This document shows, piece after piece, positions 1 to 12,137 of a DNA stretch of 64,000 nucleotides (position 1 is its first letter; each line of letters starts with the position of its first letter). The stretch is taken from NCBI RefSeq assembly GCF_018350175.1, contig NC_058368.1, forward strand, positions 118,050,001 to 118,114,000, in the 5' to 3' direction. The translations under genes were made by a program, and so were the position numbers. The DNA is from Felis catus (lineage: Eukaryota). Below the pieces are notes generated by a model. The model was not told where the DNA came from. It was given only the letters and a program-made list of their open reading frames with translations, and did not search any database.

Positions 1-560
1 GGACGTCAATAAACACAGTCGGGACACAGAAAGTCTTTTCCGAAAAGATGGGAGGCGGGGGAGAAGAGGAAAGGCCGTGCCTCACTCCCGGCGTATTTGA
101 GAAGGAAAATGCTTGAGGTAACCCATGTTGGCAGCTTTTATAGCTTCCTCCCAGTAATGTGCCGGGCAGACCCTGAACAGGCTGGTGTTTTATTTTCATG
201 TAACGAAGCCGAGTGGACCAGGGGCAGCTCTCCAGCAGTGGCTCGCCTGGGGCTTTGCCGGTGGAGCGAGGCAGGAGTGCTGGGTCCGGCTCCCTGACAC
301 CGCCCTCCTGCCTGCTGGGTGAGCCCCAGGGAGGGTGGGGGGCTGGATTCCCAGCCTCCCCTTCACGCTCACTCCTTTGGCTTGTCGTGGTCCTTCAATG
401 GGAGGTCCTCTAGGGTCAGTGCCAAAGAGGGAGGCGGCGGGTGGGGTGGGAAGGCAGCCATTCTGGGAAGAGAGGCACGGGTCTACACTGTCAAAAGCGT
501 TGCTGCTTGGGAACTGCATAGGAACCATAGCACAGGGAACCCACAGAACAGTCTTTGTGC
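1..560. promoter_or_regulatory. CpG-rich, GC-rich segment; probable downstream edge/shore of a CpG-island promoter
   Basis: About 20 CpGs in the first 500 bp of non-repeat DNA, far denser than other unique DNA here; GC-box-like GGAGGCGGGG at 51-60; CRE-like GACGTCA at 2-8. Confidence 0.55.
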
Positions 561-1109
561 CTTTGGTTGCCACTTGCCAAGGCACTTTCCATGACTAGAT
601 TTAACCTGCATTTATAATCTCTTCTCTTTGGTAGTAAGTACCTATGTGTGTGAGGTATATTTGGACATTGGATTACGTGTGTGGTTAAAAATATGTATCT
701 TTCACATTGGTGACCCGCATGGGCGTGTTTTTTGAGAGCCAGGGGCTAGGGGAAACGCCCAATTAGCTGCTCTGAGATCCTCGGAACTCAGAAAACTCTG
801 AGGTGCAGGTACAATCTGCTGTTTTATGTTCTTGTTATAGACCCCTTCCTGTATTCTTCCACTTGATTATATGGAAACCAGATGTGTATCTTAAAATTTT
901 TAGGAAGATCTTTTATCCTAGGAACTTCAGGTTTGTTTTTTAACCCATATTAATTTTGGAAAAATTAGAAAATAGCAAAAGTAAGTAGATAAAAGTCCTG
1001 TGCATTCCCGTCATTCAGGGTGATTGCTGTTGCTGTTTGCGTGTTGATGCTCTTCTAGACTCTATCCTGATGAGTATGTATTAATGTAGAATAAAATCTA
1101 ATAAGTGAT

Positions 1110-1337
1110 GATGGCTTAACATTTCAATGTTACTCTTTGCCCGCACTTTACATGTGTAGACTAATTTAATCCTCAATAATCCAGTTGGTTTTTATTATTA
1201 AACCCATTGTACAGATGAGAAAGTTGAGGCTCACAATGATTAGGTACCTTAAGATTACATAGGTAAGTAGCCATGCTGGGACCTGAACCCCGGCAACCTG
1301 GTTCCATGGCCTATGCTCTTAGCTACACATTACACTG
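1110..1337 (-). mobile_element. MIR SINE
   Basis: MIR core in reverse (CCCATTGTACAGATGAGAAAGTTGAGGCTC) plus GGGACCTGAACCC head remnant. Confidence 0.85.
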
Positions 1338-1357
1338 ACTTGCAAAAGAAAAGGATA

Positions 1358-1480
1358 TGGGTGCCTGGCAGGCTCATCACTTGAGCACGTGAGTCTTGAT
1401 CTTGGGTTGTAAGTTCCAGCCCCATGTTGGGTACAGACATTACGTAAAAATAAATTCTTAAAAAAAAAAAAAAGAAAAAA
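1358..1480 (+). mobile_element. CanSINE, short older type
   Basis: GGGTGCCTGGCAGGCTCA head, CTTGATCTTGGGTTGTAAGTTCCAGCCCC, poly-A tail. Confidence 0.85.
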
Positions 1481-1679
1481 CTATTCATATCAATTTATAA
1501 CTTGGTTTTTTTCACTTAATATATTATGAACCCCTTTGGATGCCAGTAACTTTACATTCAGAGCATCGTTCCAAATGGGTAAACTGTGATGGATACATCG
1601 CAAAAATGGAATGCTATTTTCTTGTGTGGCCATTTTGAGTAATAGTAATTATTACTGTATTTAAAAATAGCAGACATCA

Positions 1680-1905
1680 GGCCTCCTGGATGGTTCAGTC
1701 AGTTGAGCGTCTGACTCTTTATTTTGGCTCAGATCATGATCTCACCATTTGTGAGTTTGAGCCCCGTGTTAGGCTCTTTGCTGACTCTGTGGAGCCTGAT
1801 TGGGATTCTCGCTCTTTCTCTCTCTCTCTCTCTCTGCCCCTCCCCACCGTTTGCATGCCCTCTCTCTCACCCTCTCTCAAGATAAATAAATAAACATAAA
1901 AAAAT
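1680..1905 (+). mobile_element. CanSINE
   Basis: tRNA-like head, (CT)n body, AATAAA/A tail; AAAAATAGC on both flanks. Confidence 0.95.
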
Positions 1906-2066
1906 AGCTAACTTCAAGGCTCTGCCTCATGCTGTGCTAAGAGCCTTGTGCGTATTCTCTAATTTAATCCTCATAGTAACTAGGGTTTCTTACAGGGAAC
2001 AAGTTTTGAAGGATCAGGTGTAGATTTTCCATGGTGTATCTCATTTCCGTTAAGCCTCAAATTTAG

Positions 2067-2171
2067 ATTTTTTTTTTTTTAAAGTAGGCTCCATGCCCAA
2101 CCTGGGGCTCGAACTTAAAACCATGAGATGAAGAGTTGCACACTCCAGTGAGTGAGCCAGTCAGGCGCCCC
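2067..2171 (-). mobile_element. CanSINE, short type
   Basis: poly-T ... GAGCCAGTCAGGCGCCCC; TSD AAATTTAGATTTTT. Confidence 0.9.
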
Positions 2172-2249
2172 TGAAATTTAGATTTTTGACTTTATCTTCA
2201 AATAAGGTTAAATATACAGTAATAATATTTTTGTGTGTTAATTTTAAAA

Positions 2250-2390
2250 ACAACTTGTTATTTTGAAATAGTGTGACTCAGAGGGAGTTGCAAAAATAGT
2301 ACAGAGAATTTTTGTGTATCCTTCACCCTGCTTCCCCCAATGATAATTATCTTCCATAACTGTAGTACACTGTCAAAACCAGGAAAGTTT
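2250..2390 (-). mobile_element. Old L1 (L1M) 3' end fragment
   Basis: AGTTGCAAAAATAGTACAGAGAA...CCTTCACCC...TCAAAACCAGGAAA, typical of ancient L1M 3' ends. Confidence 0.65.
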
Positions 2391-3310
2391 TTGTTCTCTG
2401 TTATTCACTTTCTCTGTTATTAAAGTTAAATTGTTTAAAAAAAATAAACACAAAATACGTCACACTTGATAATCTAGTTTGGTAGTTCTTTGTTGTTAAA
2501 CATATAGGAGTCTCTAAGGGGAGAAGGCTGGGGCCTCTCTCCTGCCTCAGAGACATGAACAGTGTTATTAGCTTCATTCAACAGGTAAGGGATAGGGGTT
2601 AGAGAGGGTAAGTCCCTTGCACAAAGTCGCACAGCTTTAGTGCGCTTCAGAGCTGGGACTTAACCTTTCTGACCCTAAGATCCACTCTTGAGCCCCCACT
2701 CTCCCCAGCATCTTTTCTGGTTTGCTGCTGTTCAGGGCAAGGCTCTGAACATAAGTAGGTGTGTTTACAGCATCCATGCATGCGTATGCACACATACAGG
2801 TATTTCCCCGCTCTCCAGAGTTCCTTCTCTGAGACTAGAGAATGCCAGAGCTACAGAGGACCTCGAGTTGGGCATTTAGCCCAACGCCTCATTTAGTGGA
2901 GAGCAGTCACACCAGCTCGGGGGACCATGTCCTGCAGGCCACCTTCTCCCATAAACATGGTCATTTTTTCCGTTACCTTTGCGACTCTCCTCCAGTTGCT
3001 CGTTTCCACATTTGCTGACTTCCAGCTGCCTGGCTGTTGGGTTTGCTCAGTTCCCTCCTGGAGGTGCTTGGGAAGCCCAAGCAGTGATGGGCTGAGCTGA
3101 GCCTCCTGAACTTCTCCACCCTCCTTCTCTTCTCCCATCTGCACGCCCAGGGCCTCTCAGCCAGTGCCTAGGACTGTAGCGAAGAGCAAAGGCCATGTGC
3201 ATAGGGAAGATGCAGGAAATAAGATTTCTATAAAGTCCTGTCCATAGGAAAAGATACTTTTACCCCCATCTGAGTCCGTCCTCCTCTTTTACTGCCTTCT
3301 TTTCCAAACT

Positions 3311-3349
<39 letters not shown>

Positions 3350-3568
3350 TTAAAAAAATTTTTTTCCAACGTTTATTTATTTTTGGGACAGAGAGAGACA
3401 GAGCATGAACGGGGGAGGGGCAGAGGGAGAGGGAGACACAGAATCGGAAAGAGGCTCCAGGCTCTGAGCCATCAGCCCAGAGCCTGACGCAGGGCTCGAA
3501 CTCCCGACCGCGAGATCGTGACCTGGCTGAAGTCGGACGCTTAACCGACTGCGCCACCCAGGCGCCCC
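3311..3568 (-). mobile_element. Young felid CanSINE (SINEC_Fc-like) inserted in the tail of the next SINE
   Basis: CpG-intact body with GACCTGGCTGAAGTCGGACGCTTAACCGACTGCGCCACCCAGGCGCCCC; (TTTA)n on both sides. Confidence 0.97.
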
Positions 3569-3775
3569 TATTTATTTATTTATTTATAAACGTTTATTCA
3601 TTTTTGAGAGCGTGAGCGGGGAAGGAGCAGAGGGGCAGAGAGAGATGGGGACAGAGGATCCGAAACAGGCTCTGTGCTGACAGCAGAGAGCCTGATGTGA
3701 GACTCAAACTCACGAACCGCGAGATCGTGACCTGAGCCAGAGTCGGATGCTTAACTGAGCCACCCTGGAGCCCCC
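3569..3775 (-). mobile_element. CanSINE
   Basis: Full body ending GAGCCACCCTGGAGCCCC. Confidence 0.95.
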
Positions 3776-4697
3776 GTGCAACCTTCATTTAGAACTTGAG
3801 CTGTCAGCCCAGTCCACTTTGGCAACCCAGGAAGCAGGTAAAGCCCATCCCCTTGCCTTCCCAACCACAGCCATGGCCTGGCACTTCAGCAAAGGTGATG
3901 TGTGGAGCTTATCATTCCTGTTTAAGAAATCAGGGACCTGTCTAGTTGATCCCTGAAGTAACTCTGGCCAAATTTTTGTTGGATTTTATGCGTAGAGCCA
4001 TGGGAGTGCAGACCAGGATTGTTCCAGACACCACTTCAGAAATCCCAGGTGTGTGCCTTCCATAATGTTGCATGGATCTCCTGAGCAGTTGGGACCAAGC
4101 CCTTATTTGCTGAAGCTTCTGGCCACTGGTGGAGAGGTGATCCCGGGCCCAGGGCTGCCCCTGGTGGGGGCCAGGATGGGATGGGAGGCGATGAATTCAG
4201 TGGAGCACTGTCTGAAACTGTTATGAGAGATGGTCTTCAAGTTAAGCATGGCTTGCTGAGTGGCGTCGCCACCCTAATCTCATTACCTGCTGGGTCCTGT
4301 CCTCTGCCGTCCTCACAGGCAAGCAGAGAGAGACTGTATTTTCTCAACGGAAGCCCCTCAGCCTGAGAGGAGGAAACTAAGAGGGGATTAACTTGCCTCA
4401 CTCTTGGACCTTCCCAAAGCTCAGCCTGCAGTTGAGACCTCTGGTATGCAGGAATGAATAGCTTCCCTCCCTAAACACGGGGAGGGGGAGCTACCGAGAG
4501 AACATTCCAGGCCAACAGGTGCCTGCCAGTGGAGGAGGTCTTTCTGAAGGGTTGCTAAAAGATGGAAATATCAGTACTTCAGTTGCCCTAGTTTTTAAAG
4601 TAGATTCTACTATTGTAATATTCATTCATTCTTCCAAATTTGTACCATGCAAAGTACAGTACAAACGCAAATAAGACAGTCTCTGTCTTAAGGGATG

Positions 4698-4924
4698 AGC
4701 CAGCAGCAGCAGCAGCCCCTGGGAACCTGTTAGAAATGCAGAATCTGGGCCGCCTGGGTCGCTCAGTGAGTTAAGCCCCGGACTCTTGATTTCTGTTCAG
4801 GTCATGATCTCCTTGTTCAGGAGTTCAAGCCCCGCACCCAGCTGCAAACTGACAGTGCAGAGCCTGCTTGGGATTCTCTTTCTCCCTTTCTCTCTGTCCA
4901 TCCCCTGCTATTTCTTTCTTTCTT

Positions 4925-4959
<35 letters not shown>

Positions 4960-5080
4960 ACTAAATAAATTAATTAAAAAAAAGAAAAGAAATGCAGAAT
5001 CCCAGGGCCCTTCCCAATTATTGAATTAGAGCTTGCATTGTCTCCAGGTCCCCTGGCGTCTCACATGCCTCTTAGAATTC
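4698..5080. mobile_element. MER5A-type hAT-Charlie MITE split by a CanSINE
   Basis: CAGCAGC..CCTGGGAACCTGTTAGAAATGCAGAAT resumes after the SINE at 4988. Confidence 0.75.
4747..4987 (+). mobile_element. CanSINE
   Basis: Full body; perfect 14-bp TSD AGAAATGCAGAATC (4732-4745, 4988-5001). Confidence 0.97.
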
Positions 5081-5624
5081 ACATGTTCGGCACCTCCTTC
5101 ATTCCTCCACCTGTGACATAAATCACTTGTTGATCAAATGAGTTTTCTACTGACTGTATATTTGAGTTGGCTCATGTGATGAAATCTCCTTGTCATCCCT
5201 GTTGGAGTAGGAGAGAACTCACTAAGAAATAATTTCAGTGCAGTGTGATAAGTCTGCTAGGTGAGGTATAGGCTATGGGTTACGAAACTTTTTCTTTATT
5301 TTGATAAAATTTTTGTTGCATACTGTGTGCGTGGGGCTCTGCTAGCAGAGGGTGTAATGTAAGGTCAGTAAACAGACCCCATGGGTTGGGGGAGGGGTGG
5401 ATGATAAGCAGGATAGAAACATGCAAACAGGGTAACTACCCATGGTGATAAAATGCTTTGCAGGGAAGAAACAGGGTGATAGGAGAGAGTGATGGTACAT
5501 AGGGCATTCAGGGAGTTGAGGAACACATGAATACTCCCAGACAGCACGTGAAAGGCACTTGATAAGGTTATTATTCTTCATACTGGGGTGTACATTTTAT
5601 CTGTTAACGCAGATAGGTTTTTAA

Positions 5625-5839
5625 ATTTTTTTTTTAACGTTTTATTTATTTTTGAGACAGAGAGAGACAGAGCATGAACAGGGGAGGGGCAGAGAGGGAG
5701 GGAGACACAGAATCGGAAGCAGTCTCCAGGCTCTCAGCCCTCAGCCCAGAGCCCGACACGGGGCTCGAACTCACGGACCGCGAGATCGTGACCTGAGCCG
5801 AAGTCGGACGCTCAACCGACTGAGCCACCCAGGTGCCCC
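5625..5839 (-). mobile_element. Felid CanSINE
   Basis: Full body; TSD GATAGGTTTTTAA (from 5612 and 5840). Confidence 0.97.
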
Positions 5840-6399
5840 GATAGGTTTTTAATTTGCAGCAGCGCATACTAAATTTCTGCCCATAAACACAACTTCTCTT
5901 TTCTTGGCATGTGTGGGTGCAGCCTAACACTTGTCTGGGCTTTCTAGCCTCTCATCACAAAGTCTACTTCTGCTGTCTTCTCTGCCTAAAACAAGATTCT
6001 AAACTGAGCACACAGGACTTCGGAGCCTTCCGGTGCTTGTCCAGTCCCCGTAGTCAGCTCTGATGCCTGCGTCAGCCCAGCTCTGTGCTTTGGAGGAAGA
6101 ACTTCTTTTCCTTTGCTTACATCCCCTTTCTGTCTTCCCTTGGAATCCGAATCCCATGCTTCCTTTTGAGTTGGAAACACATCCGACTGGACATCTTTAT
6201 AGCTACACATGATCACACCAGTGCCTGTGAGTCTCTCTCTTCCCTGATCTCCTACTTACCTGATGAGTGCTTGATCTGTGCCAGGCCTTGCACTCACTGC
6301 GTGGCAGAAGTCCATGGGGGAATGGATGTGCTCCCCGCCCCTGGAGTGTGGGCACGTCGACTAAGCCTCTATTTACTGCATCAAATACAACACAGGAAA

Positions 6400-6620
6400 A
6401 TTCCCTGGGAACCTATGCTGGGAAGGGGCCAGGTGCCTGGTACCTTGAGAGTCTCCAGTGAGGGGATCTGGCCTCAATGGGAAGGTGTTCCTGGGGAGAT
6501 CGAGGTCAAGATGCTGAACAGACCTGAACTCAGCACAAAAGGGCAGATGAACAGCATATGCAAAGGCAAGGTGTTGAGACAACCTGGGAAGGAGAGAGGT
6601 GAAAGTCTCCTGGGAACATG
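6400..6620 (-). mobile_element. L2 fragment
   Basis: GAACAGCATATGCAAAGGC motif typical of antisense L2. Confidence 0.55.
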
Positions 6621-6689
6621 GGGGATCCCTGCACCCCCTCTCCATGACTTAAGGCTTCCCATGTAGCCCTGACTGCTTCCCCCCGCTCT

Positions 6690-7570
6690 AGCCTCTGTGG
6701 TCAAATTCAACGGTCATTCTCAAACCTCGTCTTACTTGACCCACCAGCAGCATTTGGCACAATCAGTCATTCCTTTGTCCTTGAAACGTTTTTTTTGCTT
6801 GGCTCCCTGGACACTATGCTTTCCCGGTGGTCTTCCTGCCTACCTAGCAACTCCTTCTCAGACTCCCTTCTTGTCCTTGTCCTTGTCCTTGTCCTTGTCC
6901 TTGTCCTTGTTCTTGTTCTTGTTCTTCCTTCTGGCCTTCCCTGCTGAGGTATTCCAAACTTTTGTCTTCGAATCTCTTCTCTCTTCCTCACACTAGCTGG
7001 AATACCAGCTAGATCCTAGTTTAGATACCGTCTCCAAGTTTATCCTTTCCAGCTCTGACCTGTCTCCTGTCAGGCTCACATACCCATCTACCTGCTCAAC
7101 ATTCCTACTCAAATATCAATATCAAAACTCAAGGCCCAAGTCAAATTTGCCTGCTTCTCCCCCAACCACATTTGTTCTTCTCAGTCTTCCCCCACCCCAG
7201 TAAATAGTTATTCAAGCCACAGTGTATTCAAGCCACAAACCTTGGAACCATCCTTGACCCCTCGCCTCCACTTTACTTCCATTCAGTGCTTCAGCAAATC
7301 CTGTCTACTTGGCCTTCAGTGTGTATCTGTAATCTTTGCACTTCTCACCACCTCCATTGCTACCCTTGGTCTAAACCACCTCTGTTTCTTGGCTAGACCA
7401 TTGGGATCAACTCCTTCTAATTGTGCTTCTACTATGACCCTGCCATTCTCAGCATGGCAGCCAGAATGGTCCTTGTAAACTATAATCAGGTCATGCCATG
7501 CTCTGCTCAAAATCCTTCAAAAGCTGTACCATGTCACTGGAATAAAAGCCAAAGCCTTCACAGCGACCCA
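6690..7570 (+). mobile_element. L2 LINE ORF2/3' fragment
   Basis: TTACTTGACCCACCAGCAGCATTTGGCACAATCAGTCAT = LLDPPAAFGTISH, a decayed L2 RT motif LLDLSAAFDTVDH; downstream L2-type sequence (CAGCAAATCCTGT, GCAGCCAGAATG). Confidence 0.85.
6869..6927. repeat. (TTGTCC)n/(TTGTTC)n microsatellite
   Basis: Direct hexamer repeats. Confidence 0.95.
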
Positions 7571-8224
7571 TTTCCTCCTTCCCTTACACACTGTTCCAAT
7601 GTATATAAGGTGTATTCTCTTCCATGCATTCTTAGAAAATGTACATAGTTAACTTATGTGCAAGTTTCTGAAACTTTTAAGTATATAATTATATTTTAAT
7701 ATGTGAGTGGTATTGTTATAGATGTCATTCAGATTCTTTTTTCACCCAGCTCAGTATTTTTAATCTCATCTTGTTGCTAGTGTATGATAATGTAACCAGC
7801 TACACACACAAGATAAAAAATTAATTTGATGCCATAATTGAATTAAAAAGGAGAAATGAAAGGAAATTAGTGTATAATAAAAGATGTAATTTGATATGTA
7901 AATGCACAGGCACAGATATACTAGAAGACATAATGAAATACATGCTTTTAAGGAAAAACTCTGGCTTTCAGAGAAGGAAAGATTTAACTACTGTTGTTGA
8001 AGTTTCTATAAAGCTTTTGGTATTTTGAAGGAAGAGCTAAATAGATACTATGTGATAAACAGTTTCCGCAGGTGAATGTTTGGCAAGACATTTGTAAGTC
8101 CTGCAGGGCCTGGTGTATGTGTGTATTTCCTGCACCTTGTGGGATCTCTAGTGTTCCCACCCTATTCTCAGTCACTGCCACATACAGAAGTGCCCCCACA
8201 GGTGTCTAACATGCCTCCTGGAGA

Positions 8225-8477
8225 TGGATCACAGACCTTAATCTAAAGCCATGTTAACACGGTAACATTTCTAGAAGAAAGCATAGGGGAAGATTCTTTG
8301 TGACCTTTGCTTCAGCAAAAAATTCTTAGATGCAACACCTAAAGATGAGCTCTAAAAATCAGAAATGGATAAATTGGGCTTCACCAAAACTAAAAACTTT
8401 TGCTCTTCAAAAGTCACTGTTAAGAGAATGAGAAGATAACCCACAGAGTAGGAGAAAATATTTGCAAAGCACATTTG
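8225..8477 (+). mobile_element. L1M ORF2 C-terminal fragment
   Basis: ATGGATCACAGACCT..CTAGAAGAAA..AAAAACTTTTGCTCTTCAAAAG..GAGAAAATATTTGCAAA. Confidence 0.9.
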
Positions 8478-8683
8478 TTTTTTTTAAGTTTATTTATTTA
8501 TTTGGAGAGAGACAGAGACTGCACAAATGGGGGAGGGGCAGAGAGAGAGTAGACAGAGAATTCCAAGCAGGCTCCGTGCTGCCAGCACAGAGCCCGACGC
8601 AGGGCTTGAACCCATGAAACCGCAAGATCGTGACCTGAGTGAAACAAAGAGTCGGATGCTTAACTAACAGCCACCCAGGCGCC
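8478..8683 (-). mobile_element. CanSINE without TSD
   Basis: Full body; flanks unrelated to each other. Confidence 0.95.
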
Positions 8684-8684
8684 C

Positions 8685-8917
8685 TCCCTTATAGTCTTCT
8701 TAGCCTTTTTTTCTCTAGCTTATCTTATTGTAAGAATTATAGTATATAATTCATATAGCATACAAAATATTTATTTGACTGTTTCTGTTATCAGTAAGGC
8801 TTCTGGTCAACCGTAGGCTATTTGTAATTAAGCTTTTGGGGAGTCAAATGTTACATACAGATTTTTGACTGTGAGAGGGTAGGCACCCCAACCCCTGCAT
8901 TGCTCAAGGGTCAACTG
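8685..8917 (+). mobile_element. Tigger2-family (Tc1/mariner) DNA transposon, one end only
   Basis: TAAGGCTTCTGGTCAAC.GTAGGCTATT..GGGGAGTCAAA; terminal repeat CAAGGGTCAACTG followed by TA. Confidence 0.9.
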
Positions 8918-9228
8918 TAGTCAAAACTAGTAAAACCCAGAAGCAACACAAATGTCTATTTACAGGGATAAACAAATTGTAACATATCCAAAATTCCCTC
9001 TGAGAGAGGGAATCTAAAGTCTAAATTTCTGCACTTCATGTTCAAGCCCTTCAATATCAATTTTCTTTCCACATTCTCTCCTGACAGGTCCCTCCTGGAT
9101 GCCCTCTATGTCAAGTCTTCTAAGTTTTCTGAATACTCTAGCTGATTTTATAAGTGAAGCTTTGCAACTACAGTTGTTACACCTTGGCTGGCCTATCCTT
9201 TATTTGGGTAGTTTTTCTTTTACATTTC

Positions 9229-9345
9229 TTTTTTAGATGATTTATATATGTGTGTGTGTAATCTCTCTGCCCAGCATGGGACTTGAACTCATGACCCCAA
9301 GATCAAGAGTCACATACTCTACTGACTGAGCCAGCTAGGTGCCCC
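9229..9345 (-). mobile_element. CanSINE, short type
   Basis: GAACTCATGACCCCAAGATCAAGAGTCAC..GAGCCAGCTAGGTGCCCC. Confidence 0.9.
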
Positions 9346-9349
9346 TATT

Positions 9350-9605
9350 TTGGCTTTCTTATCCTGTCACACCCCTTCTGAAGGCACCCCCATATCCTCC
9401 AGAGTTAGATGCTCCTTTACGTAAACCTAGCGGAGCACCTAAATATGATACAGAATTCATTTATGAGTATGTGTGCCCGCTGAATGGTCAGTTCCTCAAG
9501 GGCAGGAACTAAGACTTGGCCTTTTGTTTTTTTCATCCTTTGCACTTCATATAGAGCTTGGTAGACCACAAGTATTTGAAGGAATAAATGAATGAATGAG
9601 TGAAA
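9350..9605 (+). mobile_element. L2 3' end
   Basis: TTCCTCAAGGGCAGG... ending in (AATG)n tail. Confidence 0.7.
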
Positions 9606-9799
9606 GAGTGAATTGGTATTCAGTTACATGTTTTATTATTGACAATCATAATCTCTGCAGCTGGGATGGTTGTATGTGTGAGTTGGATCTTCTTTTTAAC
9701 TGAAGATAAACTCCGTATCAGCAACAAAACCCAAAGTTGTCACCCTAATCATCTCATAGGTCACCGGGACACATACTGTCAACTAAAGATTCTTATAAT

Positions 9800-10200
9800 G
9801 TACATAACTATTGCAACACTAAAAATAACAATAACCCAAATGTTCTTGAACAAGGAACTGATTAAATAAATCTCAGTTCATATAATGCAGTTCTTTGTGT
9901 TGGGTAAAAAGACTCATCTAGTTCTGTACAAAGTAATGTGGAGATACGTACATAAATATAATTTTGAATAAAAAGTTTCCAAACGATAGAATAGGATCCT
10001 GATTTTGAGAAGGAAAACTGTGTATGTATATAGATCTGTGTATATTCTATGTTAGTTTGTTCTTAGGAGAATCTGGAAAAGTATTCACTCAGGGAATTGG
10101 GACATGATGGGAAAATTTCTTTTTTTAACTTTATATGCTTCAGTAGTAGTTGAATTTGTTATGATGTTATGAACACGTAACAAATTCTTTTCTTTTAATA
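9800..10200 (+). mobile_element. Ancient L1 (L1ME-like) 3' fragment
   Basis: AACCCAAATGTTC..GATTAAATAAAT..; AT-rich degraded L1 3'UTR. Confidence 0.55.
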
Positions 10201-10352
10201 ATGAAAAAACTCACACAGATTAAAAATATATCCCTGACCAGTAAGACTTACTGTTATTTATTTCACATACCTCCAAACCTTAATTCTTAGATTTTTAGCA
10301 TTGTAGATTTATATAGCATCTTCCTCAATTGCAAGCTGTTTAAACTTATAAT

Positions 10353-10365
10353 CTTTTTTTTAAGT

Positions 10366-10434
<69 letters not shown>

Positions 10435-10560
10435 CCCAATCAGGCCCCGGGCTGTCAGCACAGACCCTGACATAGGGCTGGAACTCACAAACCATGGGAT
10501 CATGACCTGAGCTGAAATCAAGAGTTGGACCCTTAACCGAGTAAGCCACCCAGGTGCTTC
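10353..10560 (-). mobile_element. CanSINE
   Basis: (TTTA)n, (GA)n, body ending GCCACCCAGGTGC. Confidence 0.95.
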
Positions 10561-10756
10561 TTATGATATTATTTTCACCTTGAGATATCTTTTTGGGGAG
10601 CTGGCATGAGGAGGGAACCCCAGTGCAAGAAGGGTGGACGCTGTGTCCGGTCGGAGTGTGGATTGCAGTTTCATTCTCCTACTCTTAGCCTGGTGTGCTC
10701 TTCAGTAAAGTTCAGCTGCTACCTGACCAAACTAGAATGCTCGAATTCCTTTGGTT

Positions 10757-10985
10757 GGGTAAGCGCGTGGGCTTTGCAGTCACAGACCTGTTTTTGACCT
10801 CTGGTTTGCTACCTATTAGCCGTGTGACCTTGGTCAGGAGTCTTAAGAGCTTCGACGTAGCTTTCCTCATCTGCAGCATCAGGATGCCGGTGGCGTGTGT
10901 GTCCTAGTGTGGTGGTGAGGCTTGGGTGTGAAGTGTCGGAAATGAACGTGGAACTTGATGGTTTGTGTTAGTTACTCCAGTAAAT
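10757..10985 (+). mobile_element. MIR
   Basis: GGGCTTTGCAGTCACAGACCTG..TGTGACCTTGG..TTTCCTCATCTG. Confidence 0.8.
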
Positions 10986-11796
10986 GTGGTGAAGGAATAC
11001 CCAGCGCCTGAGAGACACGAGGCCACATAAAAGGAAATCAAATGAGGGAAAGGACAACAATGTTTAGTGTGGGTTGAAGATACAACTCAATTTCCCAGTT
11101 CCTCTTCCCTGCTCCCTTTAAAAAAGTTAAGCCTGCTTTGCTGAGTGCTGGCAGGTGCATCACTGCTAGCTCAGTAGGAGCTGTAGGAAGGCCCAGAGCA
11201 AACGCTCTGCAGTGTGAACAGGGAAGAGAGACTTGCATGGACTGGTGAAGAGCATTTATAGGCCAAGACGCTTGGAAACCCTGTCTGCAGTGCTGCAGCG
11301 ACCCGGGAAGCCAGGCCCTCTCCTCTGTACTCAGAGGGCATTGGTGGTGTGACCAGTACGCTAGCCCTGGGGCTGAGAGCTCCACGAGTTCCCAGGCAGA
11401 GTCAAGCTTTCCAGTGGGCTTCTTGTGCCCAGAACATCTCTGTGACTGAACACACTTCTGAGAAACGGTCCCGACCTGCTCTGTCGGCCTGGCAGAGCCA
11501 TCCTGGCCCGCATCTTACCGTGGGGAGAGAGGAGATAAGTAAGGAGAGGCAGCTGATGTGCCATTAATGTGGTAATGCCCGGAGTACTTCTTAGCTGTGG
11601 TGGCATGGTGTCCTTGGGTCTCTGGGGACAGCTGGCAGGTGGAAGTAGAGGGCACTTCTCACACGACCTTCACAACTGTGTGAGGCGGGGGTGTGTGGCC
11701 CCGTGAATGCAGTCGGGTCCGCTAAAGTGTTGGCTTACGTAGGACCCTCTTAAGAGCAGTGTTTCGTTTGTTCTACGTCGTGTTTGCAAAAGCGAT

Positions 11797-12135
11797 CATA
11801 GTAACAGCTAATATTTATGTGATGCTCCCCACGTGCCAGGAACTATGCTAACGGTATGTGTATTTTATGCATATAATTGATACACAAATACCTAGAAAGT
11901 TACATAACAAATTACATATGAAAATGTGTATATATCTTTTATTCCTCACACTTTGCTCTATGAAATAGGCACTAATATTTCTTGTTGTGTTAGCGTTTTT
12001 TCAGATGGGGACATGAGGCGTGAAGAGGTTTAGTAAGTTGTTGAAGGTCACATGCAGGTATATGGCAGAACTGGGACTCAAAACACAGCTGCTCTGGTTC
12101 CAGACCCCAAGCTCCCATTAATACTACATTGCATC
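11797..12135 (-). mobile_element. MIR
   Basis: GCTAATATTTATG..GTGCCAGG..CAGATGGGGACATGAGGC..AAGGTCACA. Confidence 0.8.
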
Positions 12136-12137
12136 TC

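Noticed and set aside
3339..3557. Recurring ORF family (MAQSVKRPTSA.., RQRETEHE..) seen many times in the ORF track
   Set aside because: These are translations of CanSINE copies, not a gene family.
6085..6666. Longest ORF (193 aa)
   Set aside because: Non-ATG start, overlaps degraded L2, and shows no recognisable domain or coding-like composition.
6767..6991. ORF with an (RT)n dipeptide repeat; likewise (KGKER)n at 62668-63085
   Set aside because: Products of microsatellites.
7209..7237. Short tandem duplication TATTCAAGCCACA x2; similar AAATCCCGAGAC x2 near 54658-54681
   Set aside because: Ordinary slippage duplications inside old repeats; not an array or CRISPR-like structure.
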